From NCBI RefSeq assembly GCF_006345805.1, contig NC_043005.1, positions 101,308,001 to 101,372,000 of the forward strand: a stretch of 64,000 nt of DNA. The letters are read 5' to 3'. The notes below the pieces were generated by a model. The model was not told the DNA's origin and searched no databases. It saw nothing but the letters and a program-made list of their open reading frames with translations. The position numbers and the translations under genes were made by a program. This document shows, piece after piece, positions 13,792 to 27,062 of this stretch. This DNA comes from Octopus sinensis. Its lineage: Eukaryota. Each line of letters begins with the position of its first letter. Position 1 is the stretch's first letter.

Positions 13792-14221
13792 AGATCTTTT
13801 CGGTTTGAACAGCAGTTTTTAACATAATTTCTAGGTAACTAAAAAATTTTTAACTTTGTATACTGTTAGAATGTGTTTATAAAACATCTTTTTCTCTTGG
13901 CTTTATTGAGAAAATTCTATAGTTTGTAAGATATTTCTTGTTTTTTTTCTTCAATTTCTGCAATTTCAACCAATCAGTGACATCTATTGAGTTAAAAAGC
14001 ATTCTGTGCCGAATGAATATGTCCCTCGTGTAAGAAACAGATTGGCTTTATTTACACTTGTGAAGAAAAAAAGATACCCTTCTCCCACCCCTAACCAACT
14101 CTAACTAACCCTAACCCTAAAAGAGATTGAAATGCAATAGATCGATACTAGGGTCATAATTATGGGTGACAGTTTCATATGACACTGCTAGAAAAAACTG
14201 CAGTTCAAACCGAAAAGATCC
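13792..14221. mobile_element. Non-autonomous DNA transposon with (G)GATCTTTTCGGTTTGAAC TIRs and 8-bp TSD
   Basis: TIRs of ~27 bp and TSD caaacttc at 13784-13791 and 14222-14229. Inserted in a family A SINE head; second copy at 43485-43895. Confidence 0.85.
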
Positions 14222-14489
14222 CAAACTTCTTACCCCACAGCCATGCCTGTTCCCAAAGAATATAATATTAGAGAAAGGGAAGGAGTGAGTGTTAGTGTGA
14301 GAGGGAGAGAGAGAGAGAGTATGAGAGAGAGAGAGAGTGTGTGAGAGAGAGAGACAGACAGAGAATGGAGTGACAGCATGAAATATTAAAGATTAATTGG
14401 TCCTTATTACATAAACAAACTGAAAGCATTTGTACGATGAATACAAATGGCTCTTATTTGACAAATTAATATTTGAAAAATTGATATTT

Positions 14490-14900
14490 CCCAAGAATTT
14501 TCTTTTTTACACCCATGGTCAAACATTTTTTGACAAAGCCTCTCCACAATTCATGATTTTCCATTGCTCACGACAACTGTTCCTTACAGAGATTCATATT
14601 GTCAGGAAGTGGATCAATGAATGCTTGAGCAGGTCTTCATTTACTGCTACTCCCATGAGTTGGGTCCCACAGTGGTAGCTTGTGTGTAACTTCCTGCTGA
14701 CTTCTCCACCAATGCTCTGTAAATTGAAACTGTCTTTGAACGACTGTAGTTGATATCTTGGGCAAGTTTCCATCTAAACATTCATTTATGCCAGTTTATG
14801 CTTTGTCTGATCCTAAGCATTTTAGTATATGCACACATGGTTTCTTTTCTTCAGCATTAGATACATAGTTACACGAATCACTAGTTCAGATTTTCATTTT
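14490..14900 (-). mobile_element. RTE-X-type LINE ORF2 C-terminal relic
   Basis: Minus frame reads KISTTVVQRQFQFTEHWWRSQQEVTHKLPLWDPTHG..RPAQAFID..AMENHELWR. Confidence 0.7.
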
Positions 14901-15706
14901 GGTCCCAGAAACTTATCAGTCGGTTTGCTAATAACATCACTTATCATCTCTGTGAAGCCCAACATTCAAAGGGAGCCTTTTACATACTGCTGACATCAGC
15001 CATGAATACGGTTTCACTTGGCTTCATGGGTCTTTTCAAACATGGCATATTGCCAAAGGTCTCAGTCACTGGTCATTGCCTCTATGAGGGCCTAAAGTGG
15101 TTACCTTCAGCTAAACAATTGGAAAGCAAAATATATGACTGATACAGAACTTGCCAATGATGAAGAAATTGATATTGTCAAATACTTTGACAAAATAACA
15201 TAATTCCATAATTTCAGAAAAGTCTCAACCAAAGTTGGAACTTAAAAATTATTAAACAATAGAGTAGAGTAGATTCTATTTTGTTCTGCCAACACTTTTA
15301 ATTACTTAAGTATTTCTTTTAAGTATAATTATATATTCTTAAATAGAAGAAAAATGGAGTGTGTCAAAGCACAATGATAAAAAAAATAAATAAATTTTCT
15401 TTCTACTGGAAAGCTATTTATTGATTTTAAGGAATTTTTATTTATTTTTAGTCTTTATGATGTTGAATATATTTTTGAACTACATTTTTTTCACCCATCA
15501 AATGCAGACTTTCAGTTCAAAAAAAAGTTGCACCTAAGTATAATTATTTTTAGAGGAAATCAATTTTCTCAGAAACCAGGAAGAAAATTGTAAATATGAA
15601 AGGAAAAAGAAAAAAAAGGTTAGAATTATATGAATGCAGCCATGTACATAAACGTATGTAGAGAATTGAAAATTCTATGCTTGCGCATACATGTACTATG
15701 CACATG

Positions 15707-15813
<107 letters not shown>

Positions 15814-16321
15814 TACATACACACAGATGCATTTGTATATGTGCATTCATACATGTATATGTGGGTGAATGCGCGTATATACATCCTTGTCCATGAAGTA
15901 TACAGAATGTATGCACATGTTAAAAAATGTGTGCGTATATATTTAAATATTAGAAAGCCTTTAATTGTGATAAAGAACTATATAAGGATTATATATAAAG
16001 AGCTAGAGAAGAAATATAAACTATTTCTGTCTATGCTTTCAATGTAAAATGAACAAAAACGGTGGGGGTGGGGGGTCTCACGATGAACCATTTAACACTT
16101 GTTGATTGCTCTTCAGTGATGTACCCAATGTCCCTCCTCAATCAAAGGCATTAAGTGCCACCTAGCTGCTACATACAGCAGAAGGCATTTAAGCTATTAC
16201 TGTGCTGGATAGCTTAATTTGCATAATTGTGCATCAGAAGGCTTGTCATTAAGTAAGCAATATATATTTTATGCACCTCACAACATGAATCAGAAATACT
16301 GAAATGAATGTACACATTATT

Positions 16322-16745
16322 TAGGTGTGGATGTGTGCTAAGGAGCTTGCTTCCCAACCACATGGTTCTGGGTTCGGTCTCACTACATGGCACCTTGGAC
16401 AAGTGCTTTCTACTAGAGCTTTGGGCTGACCAAAGCCTTGTGAGTGAATTTGGTAGATAGAAACTGAAAGAAGCCCGTCATATATATGTATGCATATGTA
16501 TATCTATGTTATGTGTGTCTTTGTGTCTGTGATTGTTCTCCACCCCTTCCTGACAACCAGTGTTGGTGTGTTTACATCCCTGTAACTTAGCAGTTTGGCA
16601 AAAGAGACCGATAGAATAAGTATGAAGCTTAGCAAAAACAAATAATAATAAGTACTAGAGTTAATTCATTTGAGTAAAAATAAATTGCTCAAGGCAGTGC
16701 CCCAACATGGCCACAGTCTAATGACTGGAACAAGTAAATAAATAA
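16322..16745 (+). mobile_element. Family A SINE (diverged subfamily)
   Basis: Head, CORE-like segment and tail gccccaacatggccacagtctaatgactg all present. Confidence 0.85.
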
Positions 16746-19339
16746 AAAAAGATTAGAAAGCCTGGAGCAATGAAGAATGTAAACACATTATCAATGAGCC
16801 ACCGACAACAGAAATATGCAAATTAAGCTGTTATGCACAGCATTAGTTTAATCCTTTATCATTTAGATAATCTGTCAAAAGTGATGCTTATTTATTCACA
16901 TTATCTCACAGCTTCGACGTTTCAATGATGTGATTGCTTATTTGTAAGATGACATTATAGGGTTGGTGTGGAATATCAGAACTGCTTGGTTTAAAGATAA
17001 AACAGGCACAATATTTGGGCCAGACATGGCCAGTTTAAACAAAGGGAAACAGTTGAACAATTTATGATGCCAATTTTGGAAAGAGATTGGGTATGTCTTC
17101 TCTGAGGAGTGATCAACAAATTGTGAACCTCAGGATATATTTAGGAACCAGTATGAAAAGAGACTCACCAACGTCCAAGTGTATAAGGTTTACTTATAGT
17201 TGCTTTAGCTTTGAGGTTATGGAGTTTCCCTTGGTTTAATATGGAAATGTTGGATATTATTATACAACAAGTGCTGCATGTTAACTCATGGAAATAACAC
17301 ATGAAATGAACTTTGAAATAACAGTGAAACTTTAAACAATTGCAGCATGGAAGGTGTTTATAAGCCGTTTAAGAAACACACAAAAACCGTTCGATTCACT
17401 TCAACATTTAAATTTAATTTGTCAAAATATTTTCGTCGCTTTGAGACCGCGACCCCTGTTCACAGACAAAACTCCTTGCTGCATCTCCTTATTCCTCTGT
17501 AAAATAGTTCAGTGGACCAAATAACACAACACGAATTCTGTTGGTTGTATAATTCATCCATTGTTAGGATAATTCAACTTTGGCCATCGTTGGTTACAAG
17601 TGCTTCAATTATATCAGCAGGAAAATATCTATTTCTCTGTTGCCCACAGGGGGCTAAACATAGAGGGGACAAACAAGGAAAATATCATGACGAGTACTCT
17701 GGGAAAATCTCTCACCTCATTGCCCATAAATGACTTTACAAAGCTATTTATGGGTTTAAAAAATGGGCTTACAGCAATGGTTCAGATAAACCATTTGAGG
17801 ATGTATTACATGCAACGTGATTGGATCCGAGATCCATATCCCGCTCAATACTCAAACAATCAAAATACAAGACTCAACCAAATGTTCCATCATCACATGA
17901 TTGGTCATATGACCAATCATTAACGATTAGCATGATGAGCCTCCTTGCAAATATAAAAGGCTAGTCGAACATAAAAAGTCAGAACAGAAATGAGTCTTGC
18001 TACACTACTATAGTCTCAGGACATATTTATTGACCAGTATGAGAAGAAACGAAGCAGTATCCGAGCATACAGTGGTAAGTTATAGCCATTAGCTATATGA
18101 TAGCATTGAACAGAACACAATTTTTGAAGACTACCTGGATTTGCAAGAGCCTAAATTTATTGATTTTCACTCACACACACACACATCTACTTATATAATA
18201 CATGTATCCTTCTATTTTAACAGTGATAGGCACATAACTAAGACACCAAGTTAATTAATCAAATAAATACATAGTGTTGTTTAAACCCCAGGTACAGTAA
18301 TTGAACAGAGTTATAATCAAAGACATTTCAGTCATGACCATCTCATATTGCCCCTTTTCTTCATATGTAAGGCATGTGGTTTGAGGGAGATTTGGTTGCA
18401 ATTTCTAGCAGGCTGAATGAACATAAAGAGGCGTATTAATATACAACGGTTTCAGTTAGCATGAGTGGAAAGCCTCATGTAAAAAATATCAAGGGAATAG
18501 ACAAAAATAAAATTAAGATGGAAAAGACCATCTACAGTTTATATATACGTATGGAAGTGAAGTACTTCATAGAAGGAGCTTTGAAGTAAAGCGTGTTGTA
18601 GGGGTCAAATTTGATGTATAACTCTATGATTAAAATTGTTGTCACATAGTCACATCTATAGCATAAAGAAATTATGTTAAGAAATGAAATCAAGGCAGAA
18701 AATCTAAACTCAATATTTAATAACAGTGGTAGCATTAACTTTATAATGAGTTACTTTGCTTTAAAAGCTCCATCTATTTAAATATAAGTCGACCATAGTT
18801 TATTCTGCCTGAAAGGTATATTATGCAAAGTTGCAACAATGAAGAAACTGATTGCCAATGCTCACTTGTTCTTCGATAGGATACAAGAGAACCTAATCAC
18901 ACAAAGCTATTAAGTTGTTGATGTGGAAATCTAGCAGAGGTTTGCATCCAGAAGTCATCCTCAATAAATAGTCTTTCTTACCTTCATTATTCAACTGTCA
19001 TAGTGGTCAGAAGTAAGACTCCAAATATCAGGTTCAATGATAATTGACTAATTAAGCTTCCTAAAGTTACAAATAAGTTCATCATTAGCATCACTGAACT
19101 GCCAGAAGTGGTTATCTTTAGTGCCAATATCTATGACCACTATACACATTGGTAGAGTATTTCAAGTTTACTACTTCTAAAATGAAATCTTCACCAGCCT
19201 ACAAGAACCTGTTGCTTCTTAATTTGCATATATTACTACAGTTTTGTCAAAGGAGAAAGACACTATAAGAATATTATATACTGAAGAGATGACAGGGGAA
19301 GGGGTGGCACATTGCTGTACTCGAGAAGATCTGCCCACC

Positions 19340-19905
19340 ACAACAGAACTGAGATCCTAAAACTAAAGTACCATGTAAAAAGCATTGGTGTGGGTGCTGG
19401 TGTCATGTAAAAGGCACTGGTGCTGGTGCCACTTAGAAAGCACTGGTGTTGGTGCCACTTAGAAAGCACTGGTGTTGGTCCCACTTAACCCTTTCATTAC
19501 TGGATTTCTGTTGAGATGCTCTGTTTTTCTTTCAATTATTTTGAATATAACAAAGAATTTTGTAAAATAACTTGGTTATCATTCAGCCAGTGTTAGGAAC
19601 ATTTTAATTCAGAACTTATGAAAACAAGACATTTGTGTTACAGAGCCAGAGGCAGTTTCAGCTGGGTTGGGATTGAAAGGGTTAAAGAGCACTGATGGTG
19701 GTGCCACTTAAAAAGCACCCAGTACACTCTGTGGAGTGGTTGGCATTAGGAAGGGCCTCCAGCCATAGAAACCAGGCCGAAACAGATCGTGGAACCTGGT
19801 GTAGGTACTGGCCTTGACAGTTCTTGTAATGTAGTCCAACCCATGCCAGTATAGAAAACGGATGTTACATGTTGATGATAATAATATTGATGATGATGTT
19901 GATGA
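19340..19905 (+). mobile_element. RTE 3'-UTR-derived repeat (family C, (GAT)n tail) containing a piggyBac-like MITE at 19489-19681
   Basis: ggtgccacttagaaagcact tandem units, ggcattaggaagggc..cagc and a (gat)n tail. The MITE is TTAA-ccctttc...gaaaggg-TTAA, and removing it restores a host repeat unit. Confidence 0.8.
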
Positions 19906-20921
19906 TGAAAATAAAATAAACAAACACAATATTATCAGAGACATTTTTTTTCGTATTTCTTGAATAAAAACACTTCAAATAGGAAACAGTCAGTGCAAAG
20001 AATCTTGTAACTAAAATTGTCTTTTGAGAAAGTAGAAGCAAATTTGGAAAAATTGTCTTTTTAGATTGTCTTTTCTTTTTTTTTTTTTTTTTCTTTGAAA
20101 TTTTTGAAAGAAAGTAAAATAGACTTATTAACACATTGGAATTGGTTGTGTTGTAAATAAGCAGAAAACTCATTTAGAATTTTAATATCAAGTCTATCAA
20201 TATTAATCTATTTTATTTTGAGTAAATAATAAAAAAAAAATGTGAGTACATAGAGAACCAAACTTAATTAAATCTCATGCCATTCTCTTGCTTCTTCCTT
20301 CTCTTCAGTAAAAGATTCAAAAGAGGTGAGGCACCACAGGTTCATGTTTTTAAAGACACTAATTAGTTTGTCTCTAGCTCTACATTGTAGATTTTGGTAT
20401 ATTTATTGACATTCATTACGAAAGATAAACAACGTAAACATTCGTTAGACTGGAATATCTCTGTTTGTAGAGTTGAGGCAATCTAGTTTTTTTCCTCATG
20501 TTTTATAAAAAGGAAGGAACTATATCATCATCATTTAATGTCCTCCTTCCATGCTTGCACAGATTGGACGGTTTGACAGGAGCTGGCCAGGAGGGAGTCT
20601 GTGCCATGCTTCTGAGTGTGTTTTGGTATAGTTTTTTTATGGCTGGATGCCCTCCCTAACACCAACCACTCCATAGAGTGGGCTGAGTGCTTTTTACATG
20701 GCACTAACACAGGCGAGGTCAGTTTTGGAGTAGCTTTTACAGCTGGATGCCCTTCCAAATGCCAACCATTTGACAGTGCGGACTGGATGCTTTCTAAGTG
20801 GCACCTGCGCTGGCAGGGTCACCAAGTGACTTTGCAAGACAAAGAGTCTTTGAGAGGGGATGGGGCATCGAAGGGGGTGATCTTGTGTCAGATGATGAAA
20901 GATTAAGTGTGACAGAGAGTC

Positions 20922-21325
20922 ATAGGAGTGGCTGTGTGGTAAGTATCTTGCTTATGAACCACATCGTTCCGGGTTCAGTCCCACTGCATGACACCTTAGG
21001 CGTCTTCTACTATAGCCTCGGGCCAACCAAAGCCTTGAGTGGATTTAGTAGATGGAAACTGAAAGAAGCCCATTGTGTATGTATATATATATATATGTAT
21101 ATGTATGTGTGTGTGCTTATGTTTGTGCATCTGTGTTTGACCCCCAACATCGCTTGACAACCGATGCTGGTGTATTTACATTCCTGTAACTTAGCAGTTC
21201 GGCAAAAGAGACTGATAGAATAAGTACTGGGCTTACAAAGAATAAGTCCTGGGGTCGATTTGCTCGACTAAAGGCAATGCTCCAGCATGGCCACAATCAC
21301 ATGACTGACACGAGTAAAGGGTAAA
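20922..21325 (+). mobile_element. Family A SINE, full length
   Basis: Colinear with consensus. Confidence 0.9.
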
Positions 21326-21377
21326 GAGAGAGAGGCAGAAACAGATGTCTTGCTGTAGAGAAGGTCCAATGATTACC

Positions 21378-21423
<46 letters not shown>

Positions 21424-21797
21424 AAGGGAAAGAAAGAGAGTGAGAGTTAACGAGAATAACTATAATAATAGTGGAACTGAGACCAGCAGAATGGAAGTTC
21501 AGAAATATGATGTTCTATTATCTCAAACGTTTAGATCACATTTTGTATTAGCAGAAAATCAAATATAACCATCCAACAGAGCACAGGAAAGATTTAGCCT
21601 CAAGCCCATGTTCTTCACAGGAATTCCTTATTAGATCTACTAATGAACAATAATTAATGAGCCAAGATATGGACAAGGTTAATTACATTCCAGCTAGAAA
21701 GTACAGTCAGCAGTGGCTGTTATCAAATGCTTAATATAAGACACAGAATTAAATAAACAGATTATCTATTTAAACAGCCTGAGATTCTCACAACACT

Positions 21798-22181
21798 CTC
21801 TTTACTCTTTTACTTGTTTCAGTTATTTGACTGTGGCCATCCTGGAGCACCGCCTTAGTCGAGCAAATCAACCCCAGGACTTATTCTTTGTAAGCCTAGT
21901 ACTTATTCTATTGGTCTCTTTTGCCGAACTGCTAAGTTATGGGCATCGGTTGTCAAGCAATGTTGGAGAGACAAACACAGACACACATGCATATATATAT
22001 ATATATATACATACATACGACAGGCTTCTTTCAGTTTCCGTCTACCAAATCCACTCACAAGGCTTTGGTTGGCCCAAGGCTATAGTAGAAGACACTTGCC
22101 CAACGTGCCACACAGTGGGACTGAACCAGGGACCATGTGGTTGGTAAGCAAGCTACTTACCACACAGCCACTCCTACGCCT
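21798..22181 (-). mobile_element. Family A SINE
   Basis: Colinear with consensus; small internal deletion. Confidence 0.9.
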
Positions 22182-22465
22182 ATATACTTCCAGCAAAATC
22201 TTGTGGTCAATGATATGATGATTTAAGGTGGCAATCTGGGAGAATCATTAGCATGCCAGGCAAAATGCTTGGCACTATTTCGTCTGATTTTACATTCTGA
22301 ATTCAAATACCACAAAGGCTTTTCCTTTCATTCTTTCAGGGTCGATAGAATAAGTACCAGTTGAGTGCTGGGGTTGATGTAATCAGCTTATCCCCAATCC
22401 CAAATTTGCTGGCCTTGTGCCAAAATTTGAAATCGATGTTTGACTGATTCCAGATAAAAACTTCT

Positions 22466-22876
22466 CCTTTACTGTTTTACTTGTTTCAGTCATTTGACCG
22501 TGGCCATGCTGGAGCACTGCCTTAAAGGGTTTTAGCTGATGAATTCTACCCCAGGACTTATTCTTTGTAAGCCTAGTACTTATTCCATTGGTCTCATTTT
22601 GCTAAACTGGTAAGTCACGAGGGACATAAACACACCAGCATCGGTTGTCAAGTGATGGCAGGGGTACAAACACAGACACACACACGCACGCACACACACA
22701 CACACACGCATACATAAATGATGGGCTTCTTTCAATTTCCATCTACCAAATCCACTCACAAAGCTTTAGCGAGCCCAAAGCTATAGTGGAAGACACTTGC
22801 CCAAGGTGCCATGCAGTGGGGCTGAACCCAGAACCATGTGGTTGGGAAGCAAGCTTCTTACCACACAGCCACACCT
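22466..22876 (-). mobile_element. Family A SINE
   Basis: Colinear with consensus. Confidence 0.9.
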
Positions 22877-25121
22877 AAGTATACATTTCTATGTATAATG
22901 AATTTTTGGAGATTTCTCTGTCTTTTAATCAACACACTTTATCAGATGAAGAAGTATTCCCTCCACATGATGGAATATCCAAAGATATAAATTAATTAAC
23001 ACAAGATATGTTTGCTATCATAAAATAACCTTTCAATAATTTGCATAAATGCAAATTAGCTAAAACAGATTTCATATGTTTTGTTATAAATGTAATTCTT
23101 TTTCTTTTGTAAATTTTAATTAAAATATAATTTTTATTATGCAAAAATCTATTTCCAGGCAATCTTCTGATTTAGTCTCTGAATACAAGATTTAGCAGCG
23201 TTCAATACTCAAGCTGCCAACAATAAAGTTATTGCTTTCTCTCACCAATTAAGTAAATAAAATACAAATTTATGGCTAACTACATTTAATTGGCTGCAAT
23301 TTCATTCGGTATTGATTAGTATCAATGAAGGGCCAGTAGAAGTGTACGCAATGTTACTACATTATTACAGAGTATATGATCATAAAGGAAGTTTATGAAA
23401 ATTATAAGAATGTTATGGCTCCATTGTTCCAAGGATGAGATGGTTTTAATAGGAAGCATCTTACATACATTTCTAGTTTGCTTTAAAGAACCAATGCAAC
23501 CAATCTACCAGTATTTGATTCCAATAGTAAAATTATATTATTAACATCTTAGGCTGCGAAGTGATATTCTACAGGGTACTTAAAATCTGTTTCACCTGTA
23601 ACCATAACAAGTTAAAATAAATCACTTGAATTTTATTCCATGTCTTAGGAAGGTTTCAATGTGATCACAGCAACCATGTTAAAGTTCATTCTGTCAGTAG
23701 AAATTATAATTTTCACAGAGGGGAGATTAATCCTCTAAAGGTGAGACTAGCAAATTAAATCTCAAATATGCCGTTATAAAATTCTTGCTTCAATTCCGTT
23801 CTATTTAACAGCCGTGTCTTCACACATAAACTGAAGCAGCCTTTATTACTCAGCTCTCCCCTGTCCATTCATTTATCATGAGCTTTTCTCAACCATCACC
23901 TTAACCGCTATAGATTTCTACTCATTCAGTCATATGCCTCAATCCATTTCATATTTACTATACCCTTGGTTATAATATCATCAGTTCCTGCTTTTATTAA
24001 ACATTTTATGTATACTAATGGGACTAAATATGCATTAGAAGTGTGTAACATTCTTCCATTTTATAGGGATGTTTGCGTTTATATAAATAGCTCCGCATTG
24101 TTCATTTCCAACAGTTTTTAGTCGTTAACTTCTACACAGAGGACCTTTCGCTATTGTTTGCACATCTAAAAGGGGTTTTCTTTTTGTTTGCTTTTTTTTT
24201 CATTTCCTGAACAGTCAAAGCCTCTCAACAGAAGTTCAATCTTCATAGATACGCAAAACTTAAAATATACATCATACAACATGTATATATTTTCCTCTCA
24301 TTTCTAATAAAATCCACACTCACGACTTGAGTGGGAACAGATGAAAGAGTACTTTACTTTACATCTCAATTCAATTCGATTCAATATTTAATTTTTTCCT
24401 ACATTCCAAATCAAAACTTCATTTATTTTCTGTTTTCTCAATCTGGAAATTAAACTATTCTCTATTTTTACTGTAGTCATTGAGATAAATTGATTTATCA
24501 TTTACTAAAATTCCTATTCTAAATATTCATTCTTAAACACAAACAGAATGGGTAACATGTGTCATACTTTGAATCTCAAAAATGATTTTCTTTTTTATTA
24601 AAAATATACTAAATGTTTTCTTGTTTTGTTAATGGCTTAAAAATTGCTCAACAGAGCCTACAATATTCAGCTTCATCAATAAAACTTATATTTGGAAAAA
24701 TCAGACCATTTCATTATTTTATATTTACAAAAGATACACAAAGTGAAAGAAAAGTGATGCAGTGTGAGAAAATATGACCAATAATTATAGAGCAACACCA
24801 GAGTTGGGACACTCATTTATAAGTAGAGATAAAAGCAATTCAGAACTATTTTGAATAGAAAATATATATTGGTCAATTTATAGCTGAAAGCCACTGGTGT
24901 AGATACAAATATAATGGGGCTACCAACTGGATGTGATCAAAATTAGGAAGGTGTGGCTGTGTAGTAAGAAGCTTGCTTCTCAACCACATGGTTCCAGGTT
25001 CAGTCCCACTGCATGGCATCTTGGGCAGGTGTCTTTACTATAGTCCTGGGTTGACCAAAGCCTTGTGAGTGGATTTGGTAGGCAGAAATGGAAAGAAGCC
25101 CATCATATATGTATGTGTATA

Positions 25122-25358
25122 CAGGGTGGCCTAAAATTAGGTTAACAGTTATCACGTATGCACTTGAAATTTCTTTTAAAACATCTTATTACATTTAAAT
25201 TTCTTTTTTACAAACTGAAAAAGGAGCTTAACAAAACTAACTAAATTAGCAGAGAATAAGGGTTTCATATTTTTGTGTGTAATTAAGATTTAAACTGTTA
25301 ATATAGGAATGCGAAAGAGTTAATTGAATGACTGTAAACCTACTTTTGGGCCACCCTG
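25122..25358. mobile_element. Tc1/mariner-type MITE
   Basis: 28-bp TIR cagggtggcc(t/c)aaaa(t/g)taggtt(a/t)acagt, flanked by TA on both sides. Confidence 0.85.
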
Positions 25359-25373
25359 TATATATATATATGT

Positions 25374-25745
25374 ATGTCTACAAACACCATTGCAAGATCG
25401 CGATCAAATGCTTTTGATTCTTCAATGAGTCTGAGTAGGCATAGTATTTGGCTCAACGTTGAGCGCCCATGTCTGAATCCATTTTGGTTCTTTCGGAACA
25501 AAGATTCAACAAAAGGGACGAGACAGTTTAGAATCAGTTTGTTGTACAATTTCGCAGCTATTGACATTAGAAATATACCCCTATGTATCTATACCAGAGG
25601 GTGCACACTCTCCTACCCTGATGTAATCTCCAGGGATACAGGTATCCAGCAACAGGACCTCCATAATGCTATGATGGACCGTGAAGTCTGGTGTAATATA
25701 GTAAATTCCATTGTCTCGACCACAGTCGGACAATGGTGATGATGT
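25374..25745. mobile_element. RTE-X-type LINE pieces joined head-to-head: RT N-terminal part (minus) and ORF2 C-terminus (plus)
   Basis: Minus: RGIFLMSIAAKLYNKLILN..LFRKNQNGFRHGRSTLSQI..MVFVD. Plus: RGCTLSYPDVISRDTG..DLHNAMMDREVW, then tgatgatg. Confidence 0.8.
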
Positions 25746-26807
25746 ATGTCTATCTGTGTTTGTCCCCACCACCACTACCACTTGACAACCAGTGTTGGTT
25801 TGTTTATATCCCCATAACTTAGTGGTTTAGCAAAAGAGATCACTAGAATAAGTGCCAGGCTTAAAAGAAAAAGGTACTGGGTTGATACATTCAACTATAA
25901 ATTCTTCAATGTAATGCCCCAGCATGACCGCAGACAATGACTGAAACAAGTAAAAGATAATTATTTAGAGGGTGCAGGTATGGCTGTGTGGTAAGAAGTT
26001 TGCTTCCAAACCACATGGTTCTGGGTTCAATCCCACTGCATGGTACCTTGGGCAAGTGTCTTCTACTACACACTCAAGCTGACCAAAGCCTTGTGAGTAG
26101 ATTTGATAGATGGAAACTGAAAGAAGCCTGTCATGTGTGTGTGTGTGTGTCCTTGTGTCTGTGTTTGTCCTCAAACACCACTTGACAACCGGTGTTGGTG
26201 TGTTTATGTTCTTGTAACTAAGCAGTATAATGACTGAAACATGTGAAAGACAGAATATAAAAGACACACATGCATGCACACACGAATGTATGCATAGACT
26301 TCAGTCAGTCATACCATGTGGAGATATGTACAATTCTTCTATTTACCATATTCATTAACATGCTTGTGTACACTCAGACATGGAGAGAATATCACTGAAG
26401 AAAATTGTCTCTGAAGATAAATTGGATTTAAAGATTGTTTGTGTGAAAATACATCATTGGAAAAATACATCAGAGGAATGACATGATTGGACTATAGGCT
26501 ACATGTTTCTGCATTATTACACTTCATTAGCAATGGATACTGAATACATTATTCATGACCCACAACAGTTTCAGTGTCGGTAGCTGATGAAGTATAACAA
26601 TGCAGAAATACATGTCCTTCAATCGGATGACATCATTCAAAGTCCATTGGTATGTTTTTCACACACGTTTTTTCTAGAATTTTTCTAAGAAGAATTTTTC
26701 ATCAAGACAATTTTTACAGCAAAGGTCTTTCCATCTTGAAGTGTTGCATATAATTAGGGATCACAACTACAATTTCCATCAAAAATCAATGGAAATTGTA
26801 GTTGTGA

Positions 26808-27062
26808 TACCTGTGCCGGTGGCACGTAAAAAGCACCAACCAATCATGGTCGTTACCAGCCTCGCCTGACACCTGTGCTGGTGGCACATAAAAAGCACGC
26901 ACTACACTCACAGAGTGGTTGACGTTAGGAAGAGCATCCAGCTGTAGAAACACTGTCAGATCAGACTGGAGCCTGGTGCAGCCTTCTGGCTCCCCAGACC
27001 CCGGTCGAACTGTCCAACCCATGCTAGCATGGAAAACGGACGTTAAACGATGATGATGATGA
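26808..27062 (+). mobile_element. Family C (RTE 3' tail) repeat
   Basis: gtggcacgtaaaaagcacc..ttaggaagagcatccagctgtagaaac..ggacgttaaac(gat)n. Other copies at 6474-6680(-), 20525-20900(-), 28007-28310(-), 31956-32210(-), 47874-48033(-), 55330-55505(+) and 61740-62170(+). Confidence 0.85.

Larger units (their letters stand above)
24946..25960 (+). mobile_element. Family A SINE split at its microsatellite by nested insertions
   Basis: 5' half at 24946-25118 and 3' half at 25746-25960. Confidence 0.85.

Noticed and set aside
19370-19485. Short regular repeats ggtgccacttagaaagcact, also at 61760-62020, superficially CRISPR-like
   Set aside because: Tandem units of the RTE 3' UTR in a eukaryotic genome, with no unique spacers and no cas genes.
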